A stretch of 63,869 bases of DNA, counting the filler, from Folioceros fuciformis (lineage: Eukaryota), in assembly GCA_049999805.1 (NCBI GenBank). It is 26 parts of 26 records of this genome, joined end to end, with 100 filler letters (N's around TTAATTAATTAA, not from the genome) between each part and the next. Parts side by side here need not be neighbours in the genome. Positions count along the whole stretch, not along the records: positions 1 to 1,327 come from JBNGIO010007078.1; positions 1,428 to 2,920 come from JBNGIO010007079.1; positions 3,021 to 4,218 come from JBNGIO010007080.1; positions 4,319 to 6,782 come from JBNGIO010007081.1; positions 6,883 to 8,559 come from JBNGIO010007082.1; positions 8,660 to 9,886 come from JBNGIO010007083.1; positions 9,987 to 11,954 come from JBNGIO010007084.1; positions 12,055 to 13,242 come from JBNGIO010007085.1; 18 more parts are not named here. One strand, given 5' to 3'. The position numbers and the translations under genes are program-made. The notes below the pieces were generated by a model. That model saw nothing but the letters and a program-made list of their open reading frames with translations. It did no database searches and was not told the origin of the DNA. This document shows positions 1-12,165 of this stretch, in pieces (position 1 is the first letter of the stretch; every line of letters begins with the position of its first letter).

Positions 1-1327
1 AAGTTTGCACTTTCCTTTTTCCTGCCTTGCACCCAATGGGAACCAAAAAAACCAATGAAGGAAACAAAGAAACACACAAATAGATATAGAAAGCAAAACA
101 AGCATCAAAGCTTGGGTAGGGTGGGGAGGAAAGGATTCAAAATGCAGTGAAGGCTAGATTTATTGAAAAAAATAAGTGAAGTGAAAGCTAAAGGCTAGAA
201 GGAATAAAAAAAAGATAATTTATAAAAAACTAAAGTCTATAAGGTAGAAAACTACAAGTATTTAGGGTTAAGAATTCCTAGGGTTCTTATTTATTTAAGA
301 AAAATAAGATGGAAAACCCATCTACCCTTAAAGAGGGTAATAAATAATGATTGGGACACTAGGCGTTAACCCCTGAAACCTAATGACTACCAATAGCATC
401 TAAAATATCATGATCCACAAGGAAAAAGGGGTACTTATCACTAGAGTTATTGACGCTACTTCTCCAGCCAATATGGACGAAGAATAACAACTAAATCGAA
501 AACTAATGGCTAGAAGGGGGAAAAAAAAGAAAAGGAAATTTAAAAAAGAACTAACTAAAAGGATTTAGTGTTAAAAATAACAAGTGAAGTGAAGGCTAGA
601 AGGCAAAAAAAAGAAAGCCTATATTGTAGACAACCATAAGGATTTGAGAGGACAAGGAAGTGAAGTCAAGGCTAAAGAACAAAGAGGAGACAAAAGAGAA
701 AACTTTGCTCCAACCTTGTGGTTATAGGTTGGGTTTAGGACTCCTTATCTTTCTTCAGTCTATCTATCTTTAGACTATTACTATCTATAGATAGTAAAGG
801 TCTTATGCGGTGAATTTGGAGAACCGACCCTTAGACTTCAACAACAAAGAGTGCTCAGGCTTCAATTGCACCACTTGATAGGGTGGATCAACTGTACAAT
901 ATTGTCCCATATTGGAGTTAACTAATAGAAAGTACTAACTTGTTTTCATGCTTTTAAAGTACGCTAGATCCATCAACAGTGCCATGAGATTTCTTGTCCA
1001 CCCTAATATAATTATAAGATTCTAGTAAATTTGAGCTACAAACTCTGCTTGATATGTTGTGGTGTAACCTTGTTGGCTCATGGGAGTTAAGTGGTAGACA
1101 ACAAACCTACACCCTAATCGTGACCATCAAAAGAGCCTTAAAGAGGGAAGTGTGATTTGTGAACAACATGTTGTGATATTCACTTTGTACCAAAAACCCT
1201 TGAACGACTTGATGCAAAGTCAATTGGTAATTAATATGGACCTTTGCCATGATTTGTCACATTGAAATGTGTGGTCTGATTCAAATTTGAGATTGAGATT
1301 GAGAAAAAAAGGAATGATGGCCTTGAG

Positions 1328-1427
1328 NNNNNNNNNNNNNNNNNNNNNNNNNNNNNNNNNNNNNNNNNNNNTTAATTAATTAANNNNNNNNNNNNNNNNN
1401 NNNNNNNNNNNNNNNNNNNNNNNNNNN
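1328..1427. other. Artificial contig-joining spacer (first of 25)
   Basis: 44 N + TTAATTAATTAA (stops in all six frames) + 44 N. Identical copies start at 2921, 4219, 6783, 8560, 9887, 11955, 13243, 15787, 17778, 20858, 25128, 27996, 36193, 38897, 42243, 43812, 48473, 50469, 51856, 54263, 55644, 56895, 58461 and 62638. Confidence 0.98.
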
Positions 1428-1506
1428 CCCCTCCTCCACAACCTCCTCCTCCAATGCCCCCTTCCAAGAACCGTCCTCGGACCCCGGCACTGGAGGGAGT
1501 GCTCAG

Positions 1507-2920
1507 ATGGTCCCGGCCTCGCCCTTCGAGGGCCTGTCTCTGCAGACGTCTGGCGGCGAGCAGGAGCAGAGGCGGTCCGTCCTGGAGAGCCTCACGCTCC
1601 CCACATTGGAGCGACGGTCGTCCATCCAGGGCGACTCCGGGAGCCTGCGGGGGAGCGTGCGGAGCTCCTTTGTGGACAGCCTCCCGCCCTCCGCCAGACG
1701 CTCCTTTTCCGAGGTCCCGGACATCAGCCGCAGCACGTCCATCATGGAAGTGGTGTCGTTCCTCCCCAGCGTGCCGCAGCCTGTGGCGGAGAGCCAGAGC
1801 GGGGTCGGGGTGGGAGACGGCGGGAGCAGCAGCAGTAGCAGCATACCCCCCAACAAGCCGAGCTTGCGGGGAAGCTTCTTAGCAGGATCCGGGGAGGTGG
1901 AGCCCGAGGGAGATATTATACAGCTTGCATCCGGCCCGACGACCCCCGCTGAGCGGCGGTCCATCATCGACGGCATTCCGTCCCCGCGCAGTGCCTTGCT
2001 CCGAGCCGGCTCCTTCTCCGTGGACCACGGCTCGCCCTCCTCCAGTTTCCCGGACAACCGCAAATCATCCCTCTTCGCCTTCGACCGGGTGTACTCCATT
2101 GACGAGGAAGATGGCGGTACGCCCCGAGCTCCGCAGGGCGGCCATGGCGGGCACCAGGCCATGAAGCTGCACAAACCCCCGCTCGTCATCGGCGCCAAGC
2201 GCGACGTGCATCTGCTCAGCACGGCGCAGCTGGTGGCTATCACATGCTTCGCGGTCGCCGGGGTAAGCAAAGCATGCATTCCTGGTGTGATTGTTTGCCA
2301 TGGAGTGATTCATGGTGTTTATATTTGTGTCCGTGACTGTGTCTGTGCTGATTGATTGCAAAGAAGGAAGGATGTAACGTTGGTGACCTATCTCCATGGC
2401 AGGGCCCGTTCGGATTCGAGGACACCATTCTGGCAGGGGGAGCGGCCCTCACTCTGTTGGGATTGTTCATATTTCCGGTCTTCTGGTCGGCGCCAATAGC
2501 GGTCATGACCGCGGAGCTGTCCTGCATGATCCCCGAAAGCGGGGGCCATGTGTTGTGGGTGTATCGTGCTTTCGGACCTTTCTGGTCATTCATCAACAGC
2601 TTCTTCGCCTTCACCTGCAGCGTGCTGGACAACGCGCTTTACCCCGCCCTGTTTGTGGAATACTTGGGTGTGGTTTTCTCAAACCCGGTGAGCTACGGGT
2701 GGGCCGTCACCTTCAAGGTTTTCGTCGTTGCGGTTGCTGCTGGAATCAACATTCGGGGAGTCGACACTGTAGGTACGTCTGCTTGTTCATTCCCCGTGTT
2801 TTTCGAAAGAGATTCGGGCTGGTCTCCCTCCCCACTCACTCCAGTCATCGTCCTCTTCCTCCTCCTCCTGCAGGTACGTCTGCCATCGTGCTGGGAGTGG
2901 GAGTTCTGGCGCCCTTCGCA
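1507..2920 (+). CDS. APC-superfamily LAT/PUT-type amino acid/polyamine transporter, 3' partial, start uncertain
   Basis: Removing GT-AG introns 2263-2402 and 2773-2873 gives VAGGPFGFED...WSAPIAVMTAELSCMIPESGG..WVYRAFGPFW...LDNALYPALFVEYL...NIRG, the PUT/RMV1 family motifs. A long Ser-rich N-terminus precedes them. Confidence 0.85.
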
Positions 2921-3725
2921 NNNNNNNNNNNNNNNNNNNNNNNNNNNNNNNNNNNNNNNNNNNNTTAATTAATTAANNNNNNNNNNNNNNNNNNNNNNNN
3001 NNNNNNNNNNNNNNNNNNNNCCCTCTCGCGTCACGCCTCCGTCTGTAAAGTGGCAACCCCTTCCTGACACATTCTAAATGCAGTCCTGTCACAAGCTTCG
3101 CCGTCTCAAGCCTTTGCCCCTGACCTGAACCTTGCCTTTCTTTGCTTTCAATGGCCACTGCCACAAAAAATTGAGATCTGGCCTCAATCCCAAACAAAAA
3201 GTTTGCAGTTCCCGTGAAACAGTGTATGTACTATGAATCTCAACAAAATTTGTGAGTTACAATATGTACTCGCTAATGACTTCATATTTTCCATCTACCT
3301 CTAGACAGTGCGTAAATTATACTCCCTGTCTGCTATTTACACCACTTTTACAAACAAGCTACCTCATGTAAATAAACTCGGTCCAAAACTGTAGACCCAT
3401 GTAGAACGACGCAAAACTAGAAGCATGTCCTCCTTCCACTCCTCGTGCTGTGCCAGATGTTCAAGGACTGCGGAATATCCTGACTCAAAACGGCAGGAAT
3501 CCGTGCAGTGCAGGCAGGCAAGCGAGTCCAGAGAAGGAGGACCGATGCAGCAACCAAGTTATGTAGTAGTAGTCTAGATGTCATGTAGATGCTCTGGCTC
3601 CTGCTCAGGCTCTGCGGACTGGCGTGGATGTGAGAGCATCCGAGGACAGCAGCAGCGACGTACCGGCGTCGAAAGTTGTCAGCAAGAGAGGGTTACCGGC
3701 ACGATGAGTAGAGCTATGACTTCAG

Positions 3726-4218
3726 TCAGTGCTTGACGATGAGCTCGCAGCCATGGCGAGTGAGGCGGGCCCGCTCCCCCTCCGTAGTGCCACTGGAAGG
3801 CAGAACCAGCTTCCGAAGTGAGGGGCGGCAGAACACCATCCAAGCCAGGGCGCAGTTGCTGATGGCAATGCAGTCCTTGAGGTTGAGCTGCTTCAAGAGC
3901 TTGCAATCCTCCATAACAGACTTGAGCCCGCCGTCTGACACCTTGTTGCAACCCTCGAGGCCCAGGTAAGTGAGGCTTCGGCTATGGCGGCTCACAGCCA
4001 TCAGGCCGGCGTCCGTAAACCCCGACCCTTCCAGCTCCAAATGCTCCAGCTGCCGAAACCCCGCCTGATCCACGATCCCGGCATTGCTCTCGTACAGGGA
4101 AGCGGCCCCGGCGTTGCCAATCTTCTTCCCCACGCACGGCCGGAGCCCCCTACTTCGCCCCGCGCTGCTTTGCATCCCCCTCCCTACCATGGCTAGGATC
4201 CCGGCGTTCACATTACCG
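3726..4218 (-). CDS. F-box/LRR-type protein, C-terminal fragment
   Basis: Cys-containing LRRs (LEHLELEGSGFTDAGL, LTYLGLEGCNKVSDGGL, LKQLNLKDC) and the ending AWMVFCRPSLRKL...RHGC, typical of a plant F-box/LRR group. Confidence 0.7.
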
Positions 4219-4318
4219 NNNNNNNNNNNNNNNNNNNNNNNNNNNNNNNNNNNNNNNNNNNNTTAATTAATTAANNNNNNNNNNNNNNNNNNNNNNNNNN
4301 NNNNNNNNNNNNNNNNNN

Positions 4319-6782
4319 TGAACTCGTCATCCACGGCTGCTTTCCATCTATCACGTTCAGGTTCACTGAATGCTTGCTTGAGTGTTTGAGGCTCAAGGTG
4401 TAAGGTCATAGAGGCAGAAAGTGCTGTCTCCGCATAGGCACTCCTAAAATTGATGGACTGGTATCTCGGTTCTTTCCATTGATCCGGTGGTGGCTTGTGT
4501 TTGCTGGATCTTCTAAGTTTGGGTCCAGCAGGGGGAGGTTCAGCCTCTCTTACAGGTTCGTCATATGGAACTTGTTGATGATAATCATTTAATTTTGTAT
4601 GATTTTCGTAATGCTAAGCATTTTCCGCCATGTCGACAGGAGCCTCTTGCAGGTCAGGATCATCTACATGGCCTTGTTCCCGGTCATCAATATCAACAGC
4701 AACATCTTGTTGGACAGGATCATGGTTTGCATCCTCAGGGAAGTCTGATTCAGATGTTTCTTCTTCCACAGTCCCTCCCTCTAAATCGGCTCCCACTGTA
4801 TCAAAATGAGATTGAAAACCAGGAGTGGCAGGTCGTGTAGGCTCGATGAAAGTAACTAAACGAGCAAGTACTACTGTCTGAGATGTGGGATTGTAAAGTT
4901 TGTAAGCCTTGGATGTCTCACTATAGCCAATAAAAATTAGGGCTTGGGCACGAGGATCTAACTTGCGACGTTTCTCTTCAGGAATAAGAGCAAATGCACG
5001 GGATCCAAATACCCGTAAGTGGAGGAGGCTTGGCTTCTTGTTCCACACAGCTTCAAATGGAGTCATCAAAAGGACTGAACTGGTAAACAAACGATTGAGT
5101 ACATACGTAGCAGCAACAATGGCTTCAGCCCAAAAACGTTGAGGTAAACCAGCCCAAAGAAGCATACTGCGGGTCATGGACAGAAGAGTTTGATTTTTAC
5201 GTTCCGCCGCACCATTCTGTTGGGGCGTGTAAGGAACAGTCAGCTGGCGCAATACACCATGTCCTTGCAGAAAAGTATCAAAAGCACTGTTTACAAATTC
5301 TGTGCCATTGTCAGTGCGTAGGTACTTGACCAATTTCCTCGTCTGTCGTTGTGCAGTGATGAACCAGTCCTTGAAAAGGTTAAAAGTATCACTCTTATGC
5401 TGCATAGTAAACGTCCAAGTAAACCTGGAATAATCGTCTGTAATGCACAGGTAATACAGAGCACCACCAAGAGATGGCACTTGTATCTTGCCTGAGATAT
5501 CAGCATGCACCAGCTCAAGGACATCTTTGGCTCTGTATGTGGCCAAATGTGGAAAGGGGTGTTGTTTCTCCTTGGCTATGATACAAGCTTCACAATCAGG
5601 GAGATCCTTAAAACATCTAGGTAAGGGTTCCTTGTGACATTCCTGTAGAGACATATCTACCAATTTGTGTTTGTTTACATGACATAGCCTAGCATGCCAC
5701 AGGACTGCTAATCTTTGTGTGTTTGTGGATGTCAGGCCAGCCATATGCTTATGTGTGTAGACATCAAGCCGGTACAAGTCATTTTCTAGAATCCCACGGA
5801 AGACATACGAAGACAGATCTGTGTTCCTGTAGAACAGACAGGTATCTTCTGTAGCTTTCATATGGTAAGTTCTCAGCTGCATCAGCTTGCTCAAGGACAT
5901 CAAGTTCTTCGCCATAGATGGTACATACAGCACATCTTGCAGGGTCAGAATTGATCCATCATGCAGGCTGAATTTACAGATACCTTGTCCTTGTATCTGC
6001 AAGCTCGTTTTATTCTGCACGTCACCTAGAAGCACTTTTGCTGTGGACTGACATGTGTCAAGAGTGAAAAATTGATCTTTATCTTTACATATGTGCGAGG
6101 TTGCACCGGAATCCAGGTACCAGCTTCCCTCCTTATGCACAGGTTGAGCAAGGCAGACAGTGAGGATCTTCACCGGTGGTTTGGTGTCACCTGTTTGTCT
6201 GTCCTTGATGGAAACACTCGCAGCGCTCTTAGTAACACGTTGAGGTTCCCCATCCCTCTTTTTCTTGCATTCACGAGCCCAATGGCCAGCAATGCCACAC
6301 CAGTTGCAATTGCCCGGTCTCTTTGACGTTGAAGAACCAGCATCAGGTTTGCCAACCGCTGCAAATTTTGTTGGTTTGAACTTGCCCTTGTTCGGTCTGT
6401 AACCAGTAGCTAACACCCTCTCTGCTTTGCTTCTAGAAACACCAGTAGAGTTAAGGCGTGACTGCTCCTCTTGGTACAAGGCACCTATCACATCTTCACA
6501 TGTGATTGTGCTTGTAGACCCACCAGCAGCACCACTCGGTTTGATCGGACCATTTTGCGTTGTAACAAAAGCTTGATAAGATGGAGGGAGGCTAGAAAGC
6601 AACCTTGCAACGGCTTGTGACTCTAGTATTTTCTCACCAGTCAACGAAGTGATCTGAGCTCTTAGCTGTCGAAATCGACTTGTGTGTATCGATATCTTTT
6701 CTCCCTCCCTCATCTTTGTCAATAGGATCGACTCCAGTCTACGTGCAAGTGTAGGAGAGGAGAGGAGAGAAGAGAGGGTGGT
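4319..6782 (-). mobile_element. Ty1/copia LTR retrotransposon gag-pol, partial
   Basis: Zinc knuckle CNWCGIAGHWAREC, protease WYLDSGATSHI, pre-integrase LWHARLCH, integrase core (VHADI..ITDDYSR..RTDNGTEF..PQQNGAAERKN). The frame continues past TAG 4614-4616 to EPQTLKQAF..WKAAVDDEF, the lead-in to RT. Confidence 0.96.
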
Positions 6783-7710
6783 NNNNNNNNNNNNNNNNNN
6801 NNNNNNNNNNNNNNNNNNNNNNNNNNTTAATTAATTAANNNNNNNNNNNNNNNNNNNNNNNNNNNNNNNNNNNNNNNNNNNNATGCTGAGCAATCTGTTA
6901 CTTCGTCCTCATCAGTGCTCATTACGACGTCGGATTCGTTATCCTCGACGTCCTCATGTGTTCTCCGAGCTGCCCCTTCTTGCATGACCTTCACCTCCGC
7001 ATCTACTTGTATCTTCTCGTCTTCGATGCATTGCACGACCACCACATGAGAACGCCGAAACAAGATGGAAATGATGAACTCACATGTTTAGAAATACTTA
7101 CAAGGAACTTGTATGACTGAGACTTCGTCAGATATCTAAAAAAATGTTGCTCCCATGACCTCATTCTCCGCTTCATACCTTTGCGAGGTTCAGATGAGGG
7201 AACGAATAGCCAACGGTTATGAATTCCTCGTAATAAGAACTTGATCTTGCAACATGGTTCGCCCACTGAATGAAACCCGTGTCAAACTCTGCAACACTGG
7301 ACATGTCTCATTCGCATAGTAATCCTTGTAATCGTTGATGAGGCTCCCCACCCTTCCTCTTGTTGAGCCAAGCACGGAGGCTTTGAATCACTTTCTCCCC
7401 GATCCATGCCTCCGAGTATCAATGCATCTTTACCTCCAATCTCCGGCAAGGCTAAAAAACCCCATCAATTGTGTACCAGCCATTGGGGCAAGGCGCCCCC
7501 CCCAGTCCACGAGGCAAGGCGCCCCAGCTTCATGCCTGGATATTATGGTTTCTGAGGTACGGATGCCGTCCAATGCATGAATGTTCTGTTTCTAATGTAT
7601 TGATGTTGTCTGTACTGATGCTGTCTCCTATTGTACTGTGTGACGGCAGATTCACAATATCTTCTAGCTTCTCTCCTTTGATCTCCAAGTTGGAGTGGTT
7701 AACTCTGCAA

Positions 7711-8274
7711 ATGATTTCAAAGGTTATGAAGAAGCCTATCAAGGTGGTTGTTTCGCACTTGTTCAGCAGCAAGAACAAGAACACTTTCTCGGCAACGCAA
7801 GATTTGTATGATATGTTTTTTGAGGTCATCAAGAGGAGTGATTTGTCGATGAGCAAAGTCATCACTATTATGTGCAGGTTGCAACACATCGGAGATCGAG
7901 TGGTTGAAATGGACAAGGAAATCCAGGATAATAAAAAGTTAATGAAGGAGAAAGACTTGCATTTGGAATGTGAGGAAAAACTCAGAGAGAGTCAGGAACG
8001 TACTATCCAAGATCTTCATCTAAATCTACTTTAGGCAAATGGTATTCGAACATTGTGTGGGTTATGGGAGTATTTCCAAGAAGAGTTACAACAACGATAT
8101 GATCTTCAAAATATGGATTGGTTTCAAAATTGGAAGGAAATTTTGACCAAGCGCAAAAGTCTACAAGATAGATTGAAGAGGAAGTCTGGATGGGGTTTGG
8201 ATCTGCTAGCCAAGTTGGTCACTATCTATCGCGTTCTTTCCGAACACATCCATCAAGGCAAGGATTCGATATGA
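7711..8274 (+). pseudogene. Decayed gene for an uncharacterised coiled-coil protein
   Basis: ORFs 7471-8034 and 8053-8274 are in the same frame, separated by one TAG (8032-8034). A charged heptad stretch is followed by ANGIRTLCGLWE...YRVLSEHIH. Confidence 0.4.
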
Positions 8275-10291
8275 GTTAAATAAATCAGGAGGACATGTGG
8301 TCATTCAGCAGCATCCACTAACCTTTGACCAAGCCATTGTTATTCAATGTGTTGGCTGAAGGATCGCTAGACGAGCCACATGGTGAAGGAGGAGAGGAGA
8401 AAGAGAGGTCACACTCTCATTGTCTTTATTGCAAGGGAGCTCAAGGGGGTATTTATACCCTCCAAAAGAGCTCCCAAGAAAGCTTCACAAGAAGCGCATA
8501 GGAAGCTGTGCAAGAAGCTTTCGCCTGACGCAGACACTAGAGCCTACTGCCCCCGGCGTNNNNNNNNNNNNNNNNNNNNNNNNNNNNNNNNNNNNNNNNN
8601 NNNTTAATTAATTAANNNNNNNNNNNNNNNNNNNNNNNNNNNNNNNNNNNNNNNNNNNNGAGGAATGGGACGCGTTGATGATTGCTAGGACCAAGGAGAG
8701 GAAGACCGAGAGGCATGATAGTAAGGATGTTGGAAAGGAAGGGTAGGTTGGAGTGATGGCGTGAGGTTGTCGTTTCGTGTGAAGATCGCCGGGGGCTTTC
8801 TTTTGTATGCCTGCGACGTGACACTGCGGACATGGCGTTTATTGGTGAGGTATTGGCAAAAGGCACTGGCTGTGGGTCAATAGAGAATCCTTTAGACTTG
8901 GGCTGGACTCATGTTTTGCTCAAGCAGAATTAGAGTTGAAGGAGTTTGTACTTTGTAGCTTAAGCTTACAGTAGCGCGGACTGTCTATTTTGGGAAACCG
9001 CTAAAGTCGGAGGCCTCTGTGGTCTCGTTTGTTCGACATGCTGGGGCTGAGCTCCAATCAGTGTGCGGTGTGTCTAGGACAAAGAAAACGGATAAAATCC
9101 TGTCACGCCTGACGATGGTGCGCTACGTCATGGGGGCGTGTCGAACAAAGCACTCTGCAGCTGCGCGACAGGGCCAAAGCTGTGCATGACGGACGCAAGA
9201 TGGCCTGGGATAGGAAAATGGAAAAGTAAATCAAGACCCACTACAGCGCGGAAAGCCATCGCGACGTCCTGCCCCATGCGTCTAGCAAGCTGAGGTCAGC
9301 GCAGTCGTTGGTGACGCCCAATAGGGCCTTGTCCAGTCGCAGAGCTGTGCCGAGAGGCCTCGTATCAAGAAGCCGCCGCACGACGGTGTCTTTGGGGAGC
9401 AGCGTGAAAGGGTCTGCAGCGGCGGACACACACGTGGGCCGAGTGTGCTGCGAGGTCGGATGCGGTGCTGGCAGCAGAGGCATACTGCGAAGGCGGGCCC
9501 TGGTTGTTTGGACAGCACGCTGCAGGGCGGGCAGCTGGTGGCGGGTAGGGTGCAGTCTGAATGGAGCTCACCGGTTTGTTAATGACCCGCCCCGATACCC
9601 CTCCGCAGCGACTAGCGACGAGGGCAATGCTGTCTTGCCCGCGCTGCTCAGGAACGGCAGCACCGCAGTTTTTGTGACGCTCGTCTGGGGAGACTGCACG
9701 CAGCGTCCAGCAGCTCCAGCCCCCGTGCGCGCCAACAGGCCATCCTAACCGTGACCGGCTGCGCCTCTGCTTGTCTGGCGGGCAGCTTCTCCTCAGCCTT
9801 GTCCGTGTGGAGGGCGCCCAGCGTTGGAGCGCATTGTCAGCCGCAGCAGCGTCCGCAATTTACTTGACCACACCCCACCCCATATCNNNNNNNNNNNNNN
9901 NNNNNNNNNNNNNNNNNNNNNNNNNNNNNNTTAATTAATTAANNNNNNNNNNNNNNNNNNNNNNNNNNNNNNNNNNNNNNNNNNNNGCACTCACTTTCTA
10001 GCTAGTCCAGTGGTCATGAACGTGACCGTAAGGCAAATGGGACGTCCATCAAACAAAAAAGTAGCCCTTGCAAGTCCTGATCTGGCATCTAATACAAAAA
10101 CGTCATCACACAGCCTCACGACGTGTTCCAGTAATGTCCAGCCAGAGCAGTTGTCTGTATCAACTAACTGACCCTCAATCGTCCAACACACATTACTGCA
10201 TATGTCGGTGTTCCCACGAAAGCCTCACAAGTGTTGATTTTGATCCCGGTGGTGTCCTCCACAAACAACGTTGGCAGTGCTGGTCCCCGCC

Positions 10292-10410
10292 CTCACAACT
10301 TTGTCCGTGGCTCAAGTCCCTTCCCCTGCTCACAACTTTGTCTGTGGCTCAAGTCCTTTCCCCTGCTCACAGCTTTGTCCGTGGCTCAAGTCCCTTCCCC
10401 TGCTCACAGC
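10292..10410. repeat. 37-bp tandem repeat, about 3.2 copies
   Basis: CTCACAACTTTGTCCGTGGCTCAAGTCCCTTCCCCTG units start at 10292, 10329, 10366 and 10403 (partial). Confidence 0.9.
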
Positions 10411-10832
10411 CTGCCTAGGCCAAGCCAGCGCTACAATCCAGGCTCATCTGCACGATCCAGTCGTAGCGTTGAGGTCCAGGCACTGCTTCACGATCCCCAA
10501 CTCCTCAGTCCTGAAAGCGGCGACGGTGGCCTTGCGTGCACACAGACGTAGTCTCCCACACACGCGATCTGCCCATCCCCGGCTCCAACTCACGACTAGA
10601 TAGGTTTGGATTCACTTGGGTGTCCTCCCCCTGCAGATCACAGACTGTACAGTCCCCTCCTCAGCTCTGTGAGCGGGCCTTCCACACAGTTGGTTCGGTT
10701 CGAGTTCATGGACAGCCTCAGCTTGCGCTCACTGAGTCTCTCCCTCCCGGCTTCTGGCACTCACGCACACGTCCATCCGTCGTTGTCCACCAGCCTGCTG
10801 CTCAGCACCTCCATGCACCGACGCTGCCCTGG

Positions 10833-11130
10833 TGCCCGCGATAGGACACACAGCTTGCTGGGATTCCTCTGGCGCTTGAGCTGAGTGCCTCAGCTCACTG
10901 TCCAGCACTGGTGCTACCTTGGTGCCCACAACGAGACACCACAGCTTGCTGCCATTCCTCTGACACTTGAGTTGAGTGCCTCAGCTCAATGTCCAGCACT
11001 GGCCCTACCCTGATGCCCGCGACAGGACACCACAGCTTGCTGGAATTCCCTTGGCCCTTGAACTGAGTGCCTCAGCTCATCGTACAGCACTGTCATCCAC
11101 CGACGTTGATGCCCGCGACGGAGCACCACG
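10833..11130. repeat. About 90-bp diverged tandem repeat (3+ copies) with internal hairpin
   Basis: TGCCC(G/A)C starts at 10833, 10923, 11014 and about 11110. The three full units carry TGAGCTGAG-TGC-CTCAGCTCA or a close variant. Confidence 0.85.
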
Positions 11131-12054
11131 ACACTTGTGAACTTGTCTGCCTGAGCTCTGAAGTTTGTGAGCCAGATCTCGATCCTGCAAGCACAGCGGA
11201 TGGGTTTGCAAGTCGTAGTAAGTTCTCCACCTAGCCCCTGCGTGGCACGCTTAGATTGCTAGTCACACATGCTCACACAGCAATGCAACCCATCATCGCT
11301 TTCACTCTGATTTTTGAGCACTAGATTCACAAGTAGTTCCTTGGCTAGCTACCTTGACCGCAGGCTTAGGCTCAACGAGAGAACTTCTAACAACTGCGGG
11401 ACTGAGCCTAGAAGTTCAGCACTTATTTTGTCACACTGCTCCTGGCCGTTATCCCCAGTCCTCCTCTTCTCCATCGTCGCCATGCCGCCTACGCTCGAAA
11501 CCTCTCCACCATTTCGCACAATGATGATTCTGAGCCCTAAACGAGTCACACGTTACCTACCTAGCTATCCCTGATCTACCTAATCATATAATTAGTCTAA
11601 TTACATACAATTAGCCTAATTATCTCTATTTGATTAATTAGATACCCTAATTAATCAACATGGCTTGACAAATCTTATCTAAATACTATTTTCAAATGCA
11701 ACCACTTTTGGCTTGCCTTGGCGCTACTCTCTCTCCTCCTATTTATTCTTCTAGCTCACCTTCCCCTGCCACACAAAATCTTCAGGCTCTCCTTCCATGC
11801 TGCTGATTGGGCAAATCCTTCTAAAGATATCCACCTCTCCCCCTGCTGGCTGACCTATCCTGGCTGTCCACTCTCTACCCTCCAAGGATGCTGGTTGCCT
11901 CCTGTCACTCTGACTGCAATTATTGCTATTCCAAGCCTCCTGGTGCAGGTAGGGNNNNNNNNNNNNNNNNNNNNNNNNNNNNNNNNNNNNNNNNNNNNTT
12001 AATTAATTAANNNNNNNNNNNNNNNNNNNNNNNNNNNNNNNNNNNNNNNNNNNN

Positions 12055-12165
12055 CTTAAACCTTGAAAGTTTTCCTTTCCTACTACCTTTTTAGCAGAGA
12101 ACAACTTAAACCTTGAAAGTTTTCCTTTCCTACTACCTTTTTAGTAGAGAACAACTTAAACCTTG
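12055..12165. repeat. 50-bp tandem duplication at contig start
   Basis: CTTAAACCTTGAAAGTTTTCCTTTCCTACTACCTTTTTAG(C/T)AGAGAACAA occurs twice, followed by a partial copy. Confidence 0.85.

Noticed and set aside
8660-9886. GC-rich ORFs, including an ankyrin-like ADLSLLDAWGRT snippet
   Set aside because: A single weak motif and no coherent gene model.
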